This document shows, piece after piece, positions 26,475 through 40,447 of a stretch of DNA of 64,000 bases (position 1 is its first letter; each line of letters opens with the position of its first letter). Origin of the DNA: Intoshia linei (taxonomy: Eukaryota > Animalia > Orthonectida). Both the position numbers and the translations under genes were made by a program. The stretch lies in the NCBI GenBank assembly GCA_001642005.1, contig LWCA01000044.1, positions 1 to 64,000 of the forward strand. The letters are read 5' to 3'. The notes under the pieces were generated by a model. That model did not search any database. It was not told the DNA's origin and was given only the letters and a program-made list of their open reading frames with translations.

Positions 26475-29400
26475 ATGTATTCAATTGAAGAAGAAGAATA
26501 TGATTTGTTATCAGATTCCAAGTATAGAATGTACACCAGTTACATTGATAAGGCATTAAAAAATTTTGAATATAGTAGTGAATGGGCAGATTTGATTTCC
26601 GCCATTTCTAAAATAAAAAAGGTAATTTTTTCAATTAATTTATTGAATTTGGTGTACATATTAATTTAATATAGAATTACTTTAAACCCCTTATTTTTTA
26701 AGGAAATTATATAAAAATTCTGTATTTTTCATGTTTATTTAATTTTACTTCATTTAATGTTTTCATCAATTATTCTAACGTCGTACCATAAATTTTTAAC
26801 TATTTGTACAAATAGATACAATTCCTGAATTGAATGCCAATTTTGAATATTCTATCAATTTTTACTTAAAATATTGTTTTACTAATTTTTAATTTTCACT
26901 TTTTTTATAAAGTAGTTTAGCTAAAAATGTATGTCTGTTTGAGTATTTTTGTTTGTTACTATTTATTTAAAAAATTAAGTGGAGTAGAGTTTTAAAAATA
27001 CCAATTTCTAATACAGTTTTTTAAATGTGAAATTTTATTTTCAGAAATTGAGTTTTTCCGGGTCAAAACACCAAGTATCCTTATTTTAAAATCAAACACG
27101 TCCTAAAATTAAAAAAATATTTTTTTATTGAAAATCAATTTAAAAATTTGATTTTAAGTAGCCAATTTAAAGCATAAAAAAGAAAAAATTTCAAATTTGC
27201 CATTATTTTAATTAAACATTAGTTTAAATAAAATCCCGTTGACGGGAATTAGAATGTTCACTAGGTGAGGGTTGTATTGGATGACATTTTGAGAAAAATA
27301 TATTTTGAACATTAATAAATTGATTACATCTATTAAATTATGATACTTGAATGGCTAAGTTACTTTTTTTATTTAAAAAAAAAATGATGCAATAATTGTA
27401 TTTTGTGATGAAAATGAAAATTATTTTTTTCGAAAATAATATTTAAAAAGACTAATTATAAATGAAATAGATTATCGCATCATATGGTCAATATTCTGAA
27501 AGTATTCCAAAGTTGTCTATTATAGCAAAAAGATTAGGCCAATGTTTGCATCCAGGTCTACCTAGTGGTGTGCACCTGAAATGTTTGGAAACTTATGAAC
27601 TAATTTTTTCTCAAATAAAGCCAGAAATTTTGTCTGAAAATTTATTTATTTTTGCTTCTGGATTATTCCCAGTAATGTCATATGCAGCACTAAATGTAAA
27701 AAGTTATTTATTGGGTATTTATGAAAGATATTTTCTTAATTTGCAGAAATCATTACAACAAGCATTCCCAGGATTGTTGGTAGGATTATTGGGAGGATTG
27801 GAAGAAGGTTCTCAACATAATAAAAGAGTATTGGAATTAATTGAAAAATTTTGTAATTGTGTTGGAAAGAGATTTTTTTATGATAAACTCTGGTTGTGTG
27901 TTTCAAACAATGCATCTATTCGCTATAATGCCCTTCTATACGTTTTGGCGCATTACAATCGGCGATTGTCGATGGATGATCAAATTGATATTATGGGTTA
28001 TTATATGCATAATTTTGTTTCTTCCATTTGTTATTGTTTTAGTGATTCAAATATACTGGCTCAACGAAATGCTATTGAATTTGTGATGAATGCAATACCA
28101 ATCCATTCTCATATATTACTTCATTCTGATATGACTAAACTTATGGCGTCAGCTATTAAAATTCTCTTGCGAAGAGATATTTCCCTCAACAGACGAATTT
28201 TTTCCTGGTTTCTAGCAAATAGTAGATCTGAAAAAACTTCGGATCAAACAAACTATTTTGTTCACAATAGTCGTGATATGTTGGTTGATGCTTTAACAGA
28301 ACACATGCATTCTTGTTATACTTTATTTGATTTAATATACGAACGAAATTTGGGTGTAGATGAATTTAAAAAAATTGAAAATCAAAATGATTTTAATAAT
28401 TCTATTTTAAAATGTGTTCAACTTGATCCAAAAATGATTGATAAAACTTTGGTAGCTTTTAGAATTTTGTCAGTTCTCATTAATAATACCATTATTAAAG
28501 ATAATATTATGCATTTTATGTTTTTACGACTTTTAGAATTTACATTTGATTGGGTTTATTTGAATTCTTTATTTCATATTGATTCTCGTTGTTTAACTTT
28601 TAACAAATTATATTACAAACACAAGTACATATCAGTAGAAACTACCCATAGCGGTGATTGGAATTCTTCTAACGATAGTTTAGAGTTGAATTATAAAGAA
28701 AACATTTTAAGTGAACATTACAAGAATGGGCGGAAATATATATCATTCAACAAAAATTTTCAGGAATTGATTGATGAGGATGGTAGATTGAAAAGTAATT
28801 TAAATATGACTCTTGTCTGTTTATATTGTGATGTGTGGTCAATAGATGAATATAAATATGAATTTGAGAGGAAGGATCTTAATGGCCTTATTAGAACAAA
28901 AAAATATAAAACATTTGATGAATTCTTGATAAAATCAAATGATGTTTCAAAAGTTTTAATCAACAATTTTAAATTAATTCTAACAAGTGTACAACCAAAA
29001 TCCATGATTGATATCTTAATTAATCGATTTAATATTATCATGGAAGGTTTAAATAGTTGTATAGTAAGTGATGATGAAATGTCTTTTACAAGTTCAAATA
29101 CTATAAATTCATTCTCTGTCCAACATTGTGATGATAAAGAATTGGTCAGTTATTTGCAATTAAATAGATATTGCAATGCAATTCGTTTTTTGATTAGAAT
29201 GGTCATCCAAGAAAATGAGTCAAATATTTCAGACAATTTATTATGTTATTATATGAAACATACATTGGTTATGGCTAATAAATGTATAGATAAACTTGTG
29301 GTCACTAATATTGTCAACTTGAATTTTTTGTGGATTGCAATATTGCAAAAGATTGATTGTAAAATGGATGATTGTAATATAACATCATCTTCAAGTCTCA

Positions 29401-32400
29401 TGCAATTTAGAAACTTGTATATAAAATTTGCTAGAAATGTATTGTCAAGTATTTTAAAAGTGGATGCTAATAAAACGAGAACTATTACACAACTGATTAA
29501 TCAATTTACGGGTACATGCTATTCTGGTGAATATATAAATGATCCAGTAACTTATGATGTACGAATGGTTTTGGGAACAATTACGACTCTTTTGTTTGAC
29601 GTTATTTTTAGGTTTTTTAATGATGATACTTATATAAATAACGATGATGAAAAAGGCGAAATTATTGTACAAGAGATTGCAAAATTGTGGACGTTATTTT
29701 TAACGGTTTCTATTGTACACACTAATCCAATTGTATACATATGGTCCATTGAAACGTTACTAGATTTTGGTAAATTTTTATATAATGAAAGACGAGACAA
29801 ATGTTTACCGGAAAAAATAATTACTTTAATTAAAGATGAATTTGATGTAATTTTTGATACAAATTATTTTTCTACAATTCTAAAAAGATTGTGGGATTTA
29901 CTTGGCAATACAAATGATGTAAATATTGTTCTAACGATTTATAACGTCGATTCAATCAATAATTTTAAATTGATGGATACAATAATTCTAAATCATCTGA
30001 AATCTGAATTATTTGAAGATCGTATACAAGCTTGCCAAATCTTTGTTAATTTTTGGAATATATTTTTACAAATTTCTGAATATAATGAAAATCTCAATAT
30101 AATTTTTATTACGCAAAGTATACAGTATATGGTCAATATTTTATCTGATGTAGATGATGTTTGTTTCAGTGTTGTAGAAAGCTGGGTTTTAGAATGTTTT
30201 AGAGAAAATAAAATTTCTTTTATTATTGACAATTTGTTGTTGGTTTTATTGAATGATTCTACGAAACGGTATTCTATTTTTTGTGAAGAGGGAAGTGAGC
30301 AATTTAAAAAGTGTTTTTTGGTTGATGTTACGAAATCACACTTAGAAAATAAGTCAAAATGTCAGAATGTTGAAAAACCTTTTAATAAAGATGATAATGA
30401 AATGGAAAAAAATCCCATAGAGTCAAAAATTGATACCCCTATAATAAATACCCCATTGGCGGAACCTGAAAATGAAACATCACCTGATAATATTGTAGAT
30501 ATGTTTGAATTTAAAACATTTGATGCGTATTTACAAAATATTAACTCAATTGATTCAGGATTTAGTGAAATGTTTTTCTCTGCTCCAATTAAAAAACGAT
30601 ATTTAAGTTACTTGAATCTTGATAGAGTTGCATGCATGTATAATCATTTACTTTTCTATTATAAAACTCCTGAATTACAAAATTTATCAAAGTCTTTAAA
30701 ATGCTTGGAATCTTTCTTTGATTTGGATGCTATTTTGATTGTCAACAAATTCGCTACATGCCCTTTTTTTGATTTAAGTGAAGGATCCACAAAAGTATTA
30801 TGCCCAATTCTTGAATCTATGATTTCTCATAAATGTTCAATAATTCTGTCAATTTTTAAAGACATTTCGAAATATTCCATTCCTTCATCAAATACCATTG
30901 ATTCAGATAAAATTACTTCACTTAATAATCACATTTGTTCAAATTTAACAAAATTAAATACCCACATGAATTATTTAGACATTTTGTTGCAAACGCTTAT
31001 CAATTTTCTAAGATCTTTCCCACGTGAAAAAAATTTAAATGGTTTCACCTATGAAAATGAACAATTTAAAGTTCGGATATGCAAAATTTTGTTAAAAATT
31101 TTTCAAGGAATGTTTACCCTCATTTCAAACAATGACAACTTTTATCCACAATATTATTATGATATTTTGACTCGTAATGATACTCAAAAATTACTTATTT
31201 CTGTATATGGTTTTTACTTGTTTCAACTCACAAATATATTAAAAAATGATTACAAGTCTAGTAATTCATGTATTTTAAATTGCAAAACAATATTGAAATA
31301 TTTGGTTTTCATGTTTAATATTTTTATCAAAATTGAGCATTATTATTTCAACAATAATCCTTGTGATGAAGCAAGCTCTGAAAAGAGTGGTGACAGTAAA
31401 AAAGATATTTCTGCTGGCGTAGGTGAAAGTTTATCCAGCTATTTGGATTGCCCTAATATGTCTTGTTTGTATGTGATTGTTCCAATTATTACGAGTAAAA
31501 TATTTGTAGCGTCCCTTTTACGAACGTTTGAATATTTCGAATTATTTTCGTTACAAGTTTGTATATTGGATACCATTATTGATTGTCTCCCATATTTTAA
31601 TAAGCAGCTTGGATCATTATGTACAACCTTTTTAGTTTGTATTTTCAAAAATATTAACAATCATGTTTCCAAATTGGACGAAAAAAAAATTTGGATTATC
31701 TCAATCTTGCTAAAATATGTAAAATCTATTTTTAATTTTTTTATGACTGAAAGTGTGAAATTTAATGGAAATGATTTTCAAATGAAAAATATTATTTCTT
31801 ATAAAAACTATATTACTAAATTCAACATATTAAAATGTAAAGAAACTAAAAAAGTACACATTATTAATGCAAGGAAGCAAGTTTTCAAAATTTTACCATC
31901 AATTATATTTTCTTTGGTCAATTTATGGAATATTTACAATACAAATTTGTTTAAAGAAATTCAAAGTATTTATATGGATTATGATTTTTTTATATTTATT
32001 GTTTTGATCAAAGGATCAGGAAAACTTTTTACATTGGATGACTAAATATTTTATATTGTGGTTTAAAGTCTTTGTACGTAAATAATAGTTAAATAATTAC
32101 ATTCGGATAAATCATTTGTTTTTGGTACGTGGATCCATTAGGATTTATATAATGAAAATTTACCATTTTTTTAATTTATTAGACAATGTGTATATAATCT
32201 TAAAAATAAAGTAAAAACAGTACAATCTTAAAAATTATTATAAATAGCTTAAATTTTAGAAAAAATAAAATTTAAATAAAAAGCTTTCGATGAATAAAAA
32301 AGTATCAATGTTGTATTAATAATTAATGGCATGAGCACTTTAGAAACATATTTCAGATGAATTTTATTAATATTGAAAAAGATTGTAATAAATATAAAAA

Positions 32401-35400
32401 TAATAATGACAAAGTGGTACTTTTATTAATTCGTTGTAGTTTAAATTTTAAATGTTTTGAAAATGAAAAATTGCGAAGCAATAAAAAAATCCGAAGGAAT
32501 CAATTATATAGATTTCCATCCATATGTCTTTATTGGAAATGAATAGACATTAAATACACATTTTATTTGGAAATTGTAGGATGATTATTTACTTTTTCAT
32601 TTTTAAATTTAAATTAAATTAAATTTTAATTCAAAATTTGAAAAATATTGATTGATAATATATTAAAATTATTATTATTTTTCACGGGAATGCGTAGATT
32701 TTTTAAATTTAAAAATTTGTATTTATATCAAATCGAATAAGCTCTATCAGAATCATCTTTTTTTTAATTGTACGACCGTTAATTATTTCAAAGTTTTGTT
32801 TTAATAAAATAGTTTCGAAGTAAAAAAATTAATATTAAAGTGTTTTTTTGACGATGAAGGCGACACTTAATCAGATTGAAATTTTTTTGTGTGTTAACTG
32901 GATATAACTGTATAATTCATTTTTTTTGAATTCTAGGGTTGTTTTCATTTTTAAAAAAAAGAGTAATCTGGGTTTTTGACCGTGAAAATTGTCTTTTTAT
33001 CTGTTACTATTTATGATAATGCTTATGAATTTAAAAACCATGGCAGAATTTATGTTGTATAAAATTATAAGACTATATTAAATTTTACAGGAAAGGGTAA
33101 ATTATGGTTTTGGCCGTGAAGATATAAGATTTTGAAATTGAAAATTATCTTAATATTGATGAATATAAAACTTTTCATTAGAATGTGTAATTTTTATAAT
33201 TCTAGAACGGGTTTTTAACGTTGAAGGACTCAATTTCTGAAATTGAAATTTGCGATAAAACAACACTCTGGAAAAACGGTTATAAGAATATGGAATTCTT
33301 GGACACAGGACCGTGGAGAGCCAGCATTAGGCCAAATCAGTTGGAAATTTGTAGCCCAGATAAATTTTTTTTTATAAATAGGGTCCTCTATAGATTGCTT
33401 AATCGGTCGTTTATTGCCTAAAAATTAAAAATAACAGTTGCAAATCGCATTAGTCATGATAATTTTGACATACTTAAGAAAATTTCCAACAGTACCTATT
33501 AATGAATTAAAATATTAGGCCCTCATGATTGTAGACCCGGGTCATATGGACCTAGCTCCATTGTCGACCATTCTTCTTGGGCGTATGGTTGATAAACACA
33601 CGAATTTCATCCTCAAGGTATATAATTCATTTTATTTTTGTGTTTTTTATTTGCAGCATAGTAGAAAACCTTAACTCTGTTTTGTTTATCAATTTTCTCT
33701 GGCCGCATATAGTTTTGCTGGGCGCACCGGTTGAGAAACACTGCTATAATGGGTCCGAATTATAAAATATCAAAATTAGAAAAACTGCTTATTTTTTCAA
33801 GTGGTGAATTTTTGTAGGTTTAGAATTTAAATAAATACATGATTTTATAAACTGCCGTTTTATGTGGTCACTTTTGACTTGGCATTGTATTTGTAATTAT
33901 AACTGTATTATTTAGAATGTCAAATTACGAAACGGTCTATTCTTTCTAATATTGGATCAATCATAGAAGTAATATTATATCATGATTCAATTACATGCAT
34001 AACAGCATTTTCTGTTGTATGGGGTGAACTTTCAATTGGAAAAAGAATTAATTCTCCAATTGAATATATTATTCCTTCAATAACCAAAGAACAGGAAATG
34101 ATTATTACTTTTCTACAATCGCTGGAATGTTTTCCGTGTAACAAGTTTTTTGTAGCAATTAAAGACGGAATTAAAAATCCATTAAAAGGTCTTTATTCTT
34201 CAACGACCTCCCATCTCAATAAAACCTATATAAATAAAGTGCAAACACGGAAAACGTCTTTAGACATTTGTATGCTACGAATGTTTTATTATTATATTTG
34301 CAAATTAGACACTGGTTTATTTATTAACCATTGGAGTGTATTATATAAATTTTATAAAGATTCAAGCAATGATTTGGAAAAGCCTACTTGTATATTTGTA
34401 TTAATGTATTCATTTGTGGACATATCAGAACGAATGAAAGTAAGTGATTCAAACATGTATAAAGAACTTCAAGAAATCACCATTAAATTAATAGAAAAAA
34501 TTAATACAATTATTTCGGCTTTATTAGAAAACACAACTTGGATTAGACGCAGTTTAATTGTCAAAAATTCAGTACAAGTTGATTATAATGAATACCCTGA
34601 AGATATGAAAAAAATTCCAAAAAATCGTGAAAATTATAGGATGCGATACAGTGTCCAGGGCATAATGGCTTTAGTTGACTCATTATCTAAGCTTATGGAC
34701 ATTGTCTTTACTAGTGAGGATAAAGAAAAAACTGTTCCAATTTTAACTAGCGTATTAACCAATGTGTTTCCGTTTTTGAGAGCAAGGTCTTGCAGCAATA
34801 TACCTGCTTTCAGAGCTTCTTCAAATCTTTTGAGAAATTTATCAGACTATCAATTTTCACGCAAAGTTTGGAAACGAGATATTTTTGAACTTTTTAACGA
34901 CTCATCTTTTTTTCAAGTCGATGAAACTAGTTTTAAAGATTGGGTCATAATAATTGATAATTTGATGAGCAATGATACTACTACATTTAGAGAACTTTTG
35001 ACGCGTCCTCTTTCAAGTCAAAAAGCAGCACTACCTCTTTTTATATCCAGGGAACAAGAAATTGAACAACGGTGTGCTCACATTAAGCGTATATCTTTTG
35101 TTATATATAGTGGAGAAATTGACCAGTACTACAAATACTTGCCAGAAATTCAAGAAAAAATTACAGAAAATTTAAAATTTGTATCTCCTTTTATATTGAA
35201 CGAAATTTTCTTTTGTTTCAGAATAATTTTACTTAAATTTTCAAGAAACCTGGTTTCCATTTGGCCAATTATTATATATGAACTTACAAATGCTTTAAGC
35301 ATCATGCACCAATTTTTAAGGGCAAAATACGATGACGATGATTCTCTTAGACAGAGAACAAATTCTATTATGAAAATTAGTGGAATTGATTTGAACGCAA

Positions 35401-35882
35401 AAGCCTGGAAGTATGCTTTTTTGGGAGCCGTTAAATTATTGAATTTGTTGATTGATATACCTGTTACCCACCTCCCTCATTTTCAATTTTACAATTGGGC
35501 TTTTGTTGATTTGAATCAGCAATATAATGAATCTACGGAGAGTCCAGGTGTAAGTGATATAGATTATTTTACTGATGAAACTGTCAATACTAAAGAAAAT
35601 AAAAAGTATTTTATACCATACACGTTAAAAATTAACCAATTATTACAAAAATCTAAAAATAATACTAAAGATCTAGTTTCTAAAAAATTAAATTACGCCA
35701 AGTTAGTTGAAAGTTTTATACCAAGAGTTTCCATTAAATCTATCGAAGAATTATCACCTTTTTTTGAGAATATTTCAGACAGAATTACTAGAATAAAACC
35801 AAACGATGAATATCAAATTTACGAAAATATAAACATCTCGACTTATCTCAAACCTCATGAATTCTTAGAACCCTTCAATTAA
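26475..35882 (+). CDS. DOP1: Protein Dopey (DOP1 / pad-1), about 2200 aa
   Basis: Dopey N-terminus DSKYRMYTSYIDKALKNFEYSSEWADLISA..KRLGQCLHPGLPSGVHLK and C-terminal WKRDIFELF..IIDNLM. Exons 26475-26621, 27471-31965 and 33916-35882 join in frame with GT-AG introns. Confidence 0.95.
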
Positions 35883-35924
35883 TTGTATAATTTATTTTGT
35901 ATAGTCACATTACATTTTTAATAT

Positions 35925-38119
35925 CTAATAATTGTCTAATAATCTTGCAGATGGATCTACATTATCTGAAAATGGATGCCTCCAAAAAAATGGTATTATT
36001 TGTGAACGATTTGGGTAATGTTTTTCAAAAATTTCTCTATAATAAAGACTTTCTTTATCGTATGGAGTACAATGTTTGTATTTTTGACATTTTTCCAAAA
36101 ATTCATCATCGCTGTATCTACTTTCAACAAAATCTTTAATGTAATTAAATGCAGAATATTCCTTTTTGGCAATTCCATCAGAAAATGCTTCTTTTCTCCG
36201 CCACAGTAATTCTTCTGGTAATATATCTGAAAAGGCATTTCTTAATATCTGTTTTTCCATTAATTTATATTTTTCCTTACTCCAAGCTGCATCTCCTTTA
36301 TCTAAATATAATGTAGTCACTACATGTTAATTTCCAATTAATTTGATCATAATTTCGCCTTTCTAAATTTTAAGCTTTAAGGATTCTTTACACCCCATTT
36401 TTAAGTCATAATATTAAAACTAATACATTTTTTCAATAACACTAGTATTTGAAACTTAAAAATCTTCAATTGATAAATAGAGCATCGGTTACACAATGCA
36501 GGTCTGCAGATCATTACCGGGTTCCTATGAAAAACCTATCTGTTTATGGTAAAAATAATTTTATAACCATTAAGGTGAAAAAGTGGATTTATATCACCTA
36601 AATTTTAATTTAACTTGGTAAATTTTTCATTAAGACCGGTAGTGGTCCGCGGACGTCTACAGTATTTTGGAAACGCTGACTTAATATGTGCAATCAATAA
36701 ATAATTGTAACCGAATTTTAATCGATATGTTGCTTCCATTTTCTGATCAAATCTTTTATATTCCCCAGGAATACTCATAACATAAAGGAGCAGGTTTTTA
36801 TCGGCAAAAGGTACACGAGCATCGAGAGTTGCTGATGAAATGGTTTTGTCACTTCTAAGTACATCAAAGTATTGTATATTATTTAGCATTTTAACATTCT
36901 CTTGGTCAAGTTTATCACCACATTCAGTTTTACCGAAACCACGATACCCTCCAAAAATTTCATCTGACACGTCTCCACAATATATAACAATATTCTTACC
37001 AATCTTCTTAACAAATTGAGATACCAAATAATTTCCTATCGATGCACGAACAGTAGTAACATCATAAGATTCTATTTGATATATTGTCTCATCGATAGCG
37101 TCAACATATTCTTCTGGGGTAATTAATAATTCATGGTGATCAGTTCCAATGTGTTCTGAAGCTATTTTTGCATAGTGCAAATCCTCCGAACCTTTCAAGC
37201 CTACTGTATAAGTGTGTAATGGTTGATCATAAACTTTTTTAACTAGAGCAGTGATAAGAGTAGAGTCCAACCCTCCAGATAAGATACACCCAATTGGTCG
37301 ATCACTCATGAGTCGCTTTCTAACTGCACCTAGAAACAACTTTCTAACGTTTTTGGCTATTTTTAAGCAATTTTTGTCAATATCAGCGTCCAATGTGTCG
37401 ATAGTATAATCAAAAGGAGCTGGTGAATCTTGGTTATATTTATTTATCCAAAATGGGTCAATATGTGATTTTTCAAATCCATCTTTAACATCAAAATAGC
37501 TGAAAAATTTTCCACTGCTTGAAGTATAATAAGAACCAACCGGAAACATCATAACGTTTTCTAAATCCTCTGGGATGGCTTTCATTTCTGATACGAAAAA
37601 ATGATTATCATCCTCAACATAATAATACATGGGTTTTATTCCAATAGGATCTCGAGCCACTATATATTCACTAGATGTTAAATCCGCTATAACCAATGAA
37701 AAAGTTCCGTCCAAATGTGACACTGTTTTTTCTATCCCAAATTTGAAAAACATTTCTAAGATTATATCGCAGTCGCAATTGGATGTTATTTCTAGGTTGT
37801 ATCGTTTTTGTAAATCTTTATAATTATAAATTTCTCCATTTACCATACTCCCATATCGATGACCTTTTTTTGCAAATTTTCCACTTTGGCTTTCATTCGT
37901 AATTTCGTTTTCGGAACCATTATACGATTTAAAAAAAGGCTGCATGGAGAATTGATCCAATCCTACAATGGTCAATCTATGAAAACCCAAGGTTATTAAT
38001 CCATCGCAAAATTGTTCATAATAAGTGTTCTCTGGACCTCTATGATATAGTCTTTTAAAATATTTTTCTAGTGTTTTCATACTATATTTACGACCTTTGT
38101 AAAAAAAAATTCCGCACAT
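35925..38119 (-). CDS. ASNS: Asparagine synthetase (glutamine-hydrolysing)
   Basis: MCGIF N-terminus, HRGP, NGEIYN, ARDPIG, LSGGLDS, EKQILRNAF, WRRKEAFSDG, DPSAR. One phase-1 GT-AG intron 36711-36302 joins the two ORFs. Confidence 0.96.
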
Positions 38120-39228
38120 GTTCGTTTTCTTCTCTAGATGATGAGTTGTTGCAACGATATTAAATTTACGATTTTGATTTTAAATTAAAATTTAACTGGT
38201 TTATTTGTTAATTAATACGTTTATATTGAATTTCAAAAATTATACGTGTATAATTAAAATGAGTTTTAAAAATAGTTAAAAAGTATTTAATTGCACTATC
38301 ATATAACTAACTTACACGACATAAGTTCAGAATCTGAATTCGATTACTTGTACAGAGTTGCCAGACATAAAGTTATATTCTACATTTAAAAACGATGATT
38401 TTGAAATCTGTATTTTTGATGTGTACAGTGTACAGTTGTGTTTCAGTGAAATAGTTTCATAAATTAATGATAAATTTAATTGAATTTATTAGAAATTTTG
38501 CATCTTAAAATTTTTTTTATCAAATTTAATATTTACGAGAATGTTTTACGGTGATTTGATGATTATTTAATGAAATAATTGTTTTTAGCGTAAATTTTAG
38601 ATTAAAAATCTCTAATCTTATAAAATAGCCAAAATTTGAATAAAAATTACAAATTTTAGTAAGTAACAAAATTGTAACATTCTTGTAAAGAAGTCGATTA
38701 TTCGAATATGTATTTTATTATTTACAATTATTTAATAATTAATAATAATATTGTAAAATAATTTAAAATAATAATTAAGATTCTTCAACAGTACAGTAAC
38801 GTATAGTATCAATATGTATTTAGTGAATACTACAATTCTCATGGATTCTCAATGACAAAATAAATAAAAATTATTAGTACTATTCGTATAAAAGTTCAAA
38901 TTTTAAATTAAAATTTAAGTTTAATTCATCAAAATGTATATGTTTCCATGATTAAATTTAAAATTATTGAATTAAATTGTGACATTTATGGAATGACTAA
39001 TTAAATGTATACTTATGAAATTGGAGTCGTTTTATAGAACTGCTCCGTGGAGCAATTTTCTGGCAACTCTGCACTGCCGTCGATTTCGACGGCGTCGAAT
39101 ATTATCTTGCATTATTATTTCAAATATAAGTTTATTTAATCAACATTTTTATATCAAAAAAATAATTGTACAATTTAATATAATTAAATTTAACTTTAAA
39201 TACTCTATTCATAAAAATCATCTTTATT

Positions 39229-40378
39229 ATGATTAAAAATAAATATCAATCTGAAAAATTATCATATTGCATTGTATGGACGTCTATTCCAATGTTATCG
39301 TAAATTTATAATAAATTACAGTAGGGAGTCCCTACTATGGACAAATTAAGGGCACCATGTTTTATGTAGTGTAACCATGTATAATATACAAATATTTATA
39401 ATAAATAATAATAATTTACAGTTTAAAATTTAAACCATGTAAATTGCATCGAAACCTTGTCGAACTATGAGTATGATTATAATTTATTTTGAATTTAAAT
39501 GTAGATACATTTTTCCACTAATTGGACATGTTGGAATTTGCAACTCAAAAGGCCAAATTTGTGATTTTGTTGGAGGTGTCAATATAGATAATTTTTCTTT
39601 TGGCAGACCACTAAAGTAATGTAATTGTGACTAATGAAAATTAATTCTAACTCGTATTATTTTTTATAATTTAGATACACCCGATTATATCATGACGAAA
39701 ATGTTAATGCTGAACAATATGACAAGATGATTGACGAGTCAAACATGATTTATGATAAAAAAAACGTTTATTTTATTTATTATTCTTGTTTCTTTTTTCT
39801 TTAATTTGATCGTACCTTGGCAGTAACAACCCAAGGATGAACTCTCGATCGTGTCCATGTGTTAATCTTTTTGAGACAATTCTAATTTTAAAAAATTGGA
39901 AGCAAAAGTTTTAAATTTAAATTCTCTAAAAACTCTATTAGAAATTGGGTGTTTTAACTATAGGAATCTTAATTTTTTAATTAAACGGTAACACAGGTGT
40001 TCATTTTTATATATGTTACCGTCAAAGTGAAAATTCAGGCAATTTGCAAACATTTATTTACATTTGTAAGTAAATGATGTAAATTTAATAGCACAACCTA
40101 TTTACGACAAATTGCTACGATCATGTATGCTACGCTTTAAATTTGCTTGGTTATCAAGATAAAAAATGGACACGAATTCAACTAGCTTTCTTAATGATGC
40201 GGAAATCCCACTACGTCGAGTAATTTTAATTTTAAATAATATATTTTATTTTTAATATAAAAAATTCATGATTTTTTAAATTTTTTTTAGTCAATTTGCG
40301 AAAATTGCGACATATCTACCTTTCTTAATTGTATTAACTTTAATTATTATTACTCTATATTTTGTTACTAAATTTTAA
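39229..40378 (+). CDS. TMEM222: TMEM222 / RTE1-like (DUF778) membrane protein
   Basis: Five exons (39229-39299, 39505-39615, 39675-~39765, ~40092-40219, 40291-40378) give YCIVWTSIPMLSYIFPLIGHVGICNSKGQICDF..NFSFGRPLKY..HNLFTTNCYDHVCYALN..TYLPFLIV, which matches the family motifs. Confidence 0.92.
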
Positions 40379-40447
40379 AATTAAAGTTTAATATGAAACA
40401 TGTTTATACCCCGCTATGGTGAATGACGTAATAAACTATATTAATCA

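Noticed and set aside
27841-31660. Alternative-frame and antisense ORFs inside Dopey (likewise inside ASNS, the E-protein and ZNF598)
   Set aside because: Typical shadow ORFs of long coding exons, with no independent signal.
36255-36741. AATGGAA direct repeat flanking the ASNS interruption, suggesting a TSD-bounded insertion or non-canonical intron
   Set aside because: A canonical in-frame GT-AG intron (36711-36302) explains the break; a 7-bp AT-rich repeat is expected by chance.
40424-40431. TGAC(G/A)TAA bZIP-like site near several gene starts
   Set aside because: The same 8-mers occur often in coding, intronic and intergenic DNA here, so no enrichment is evident.
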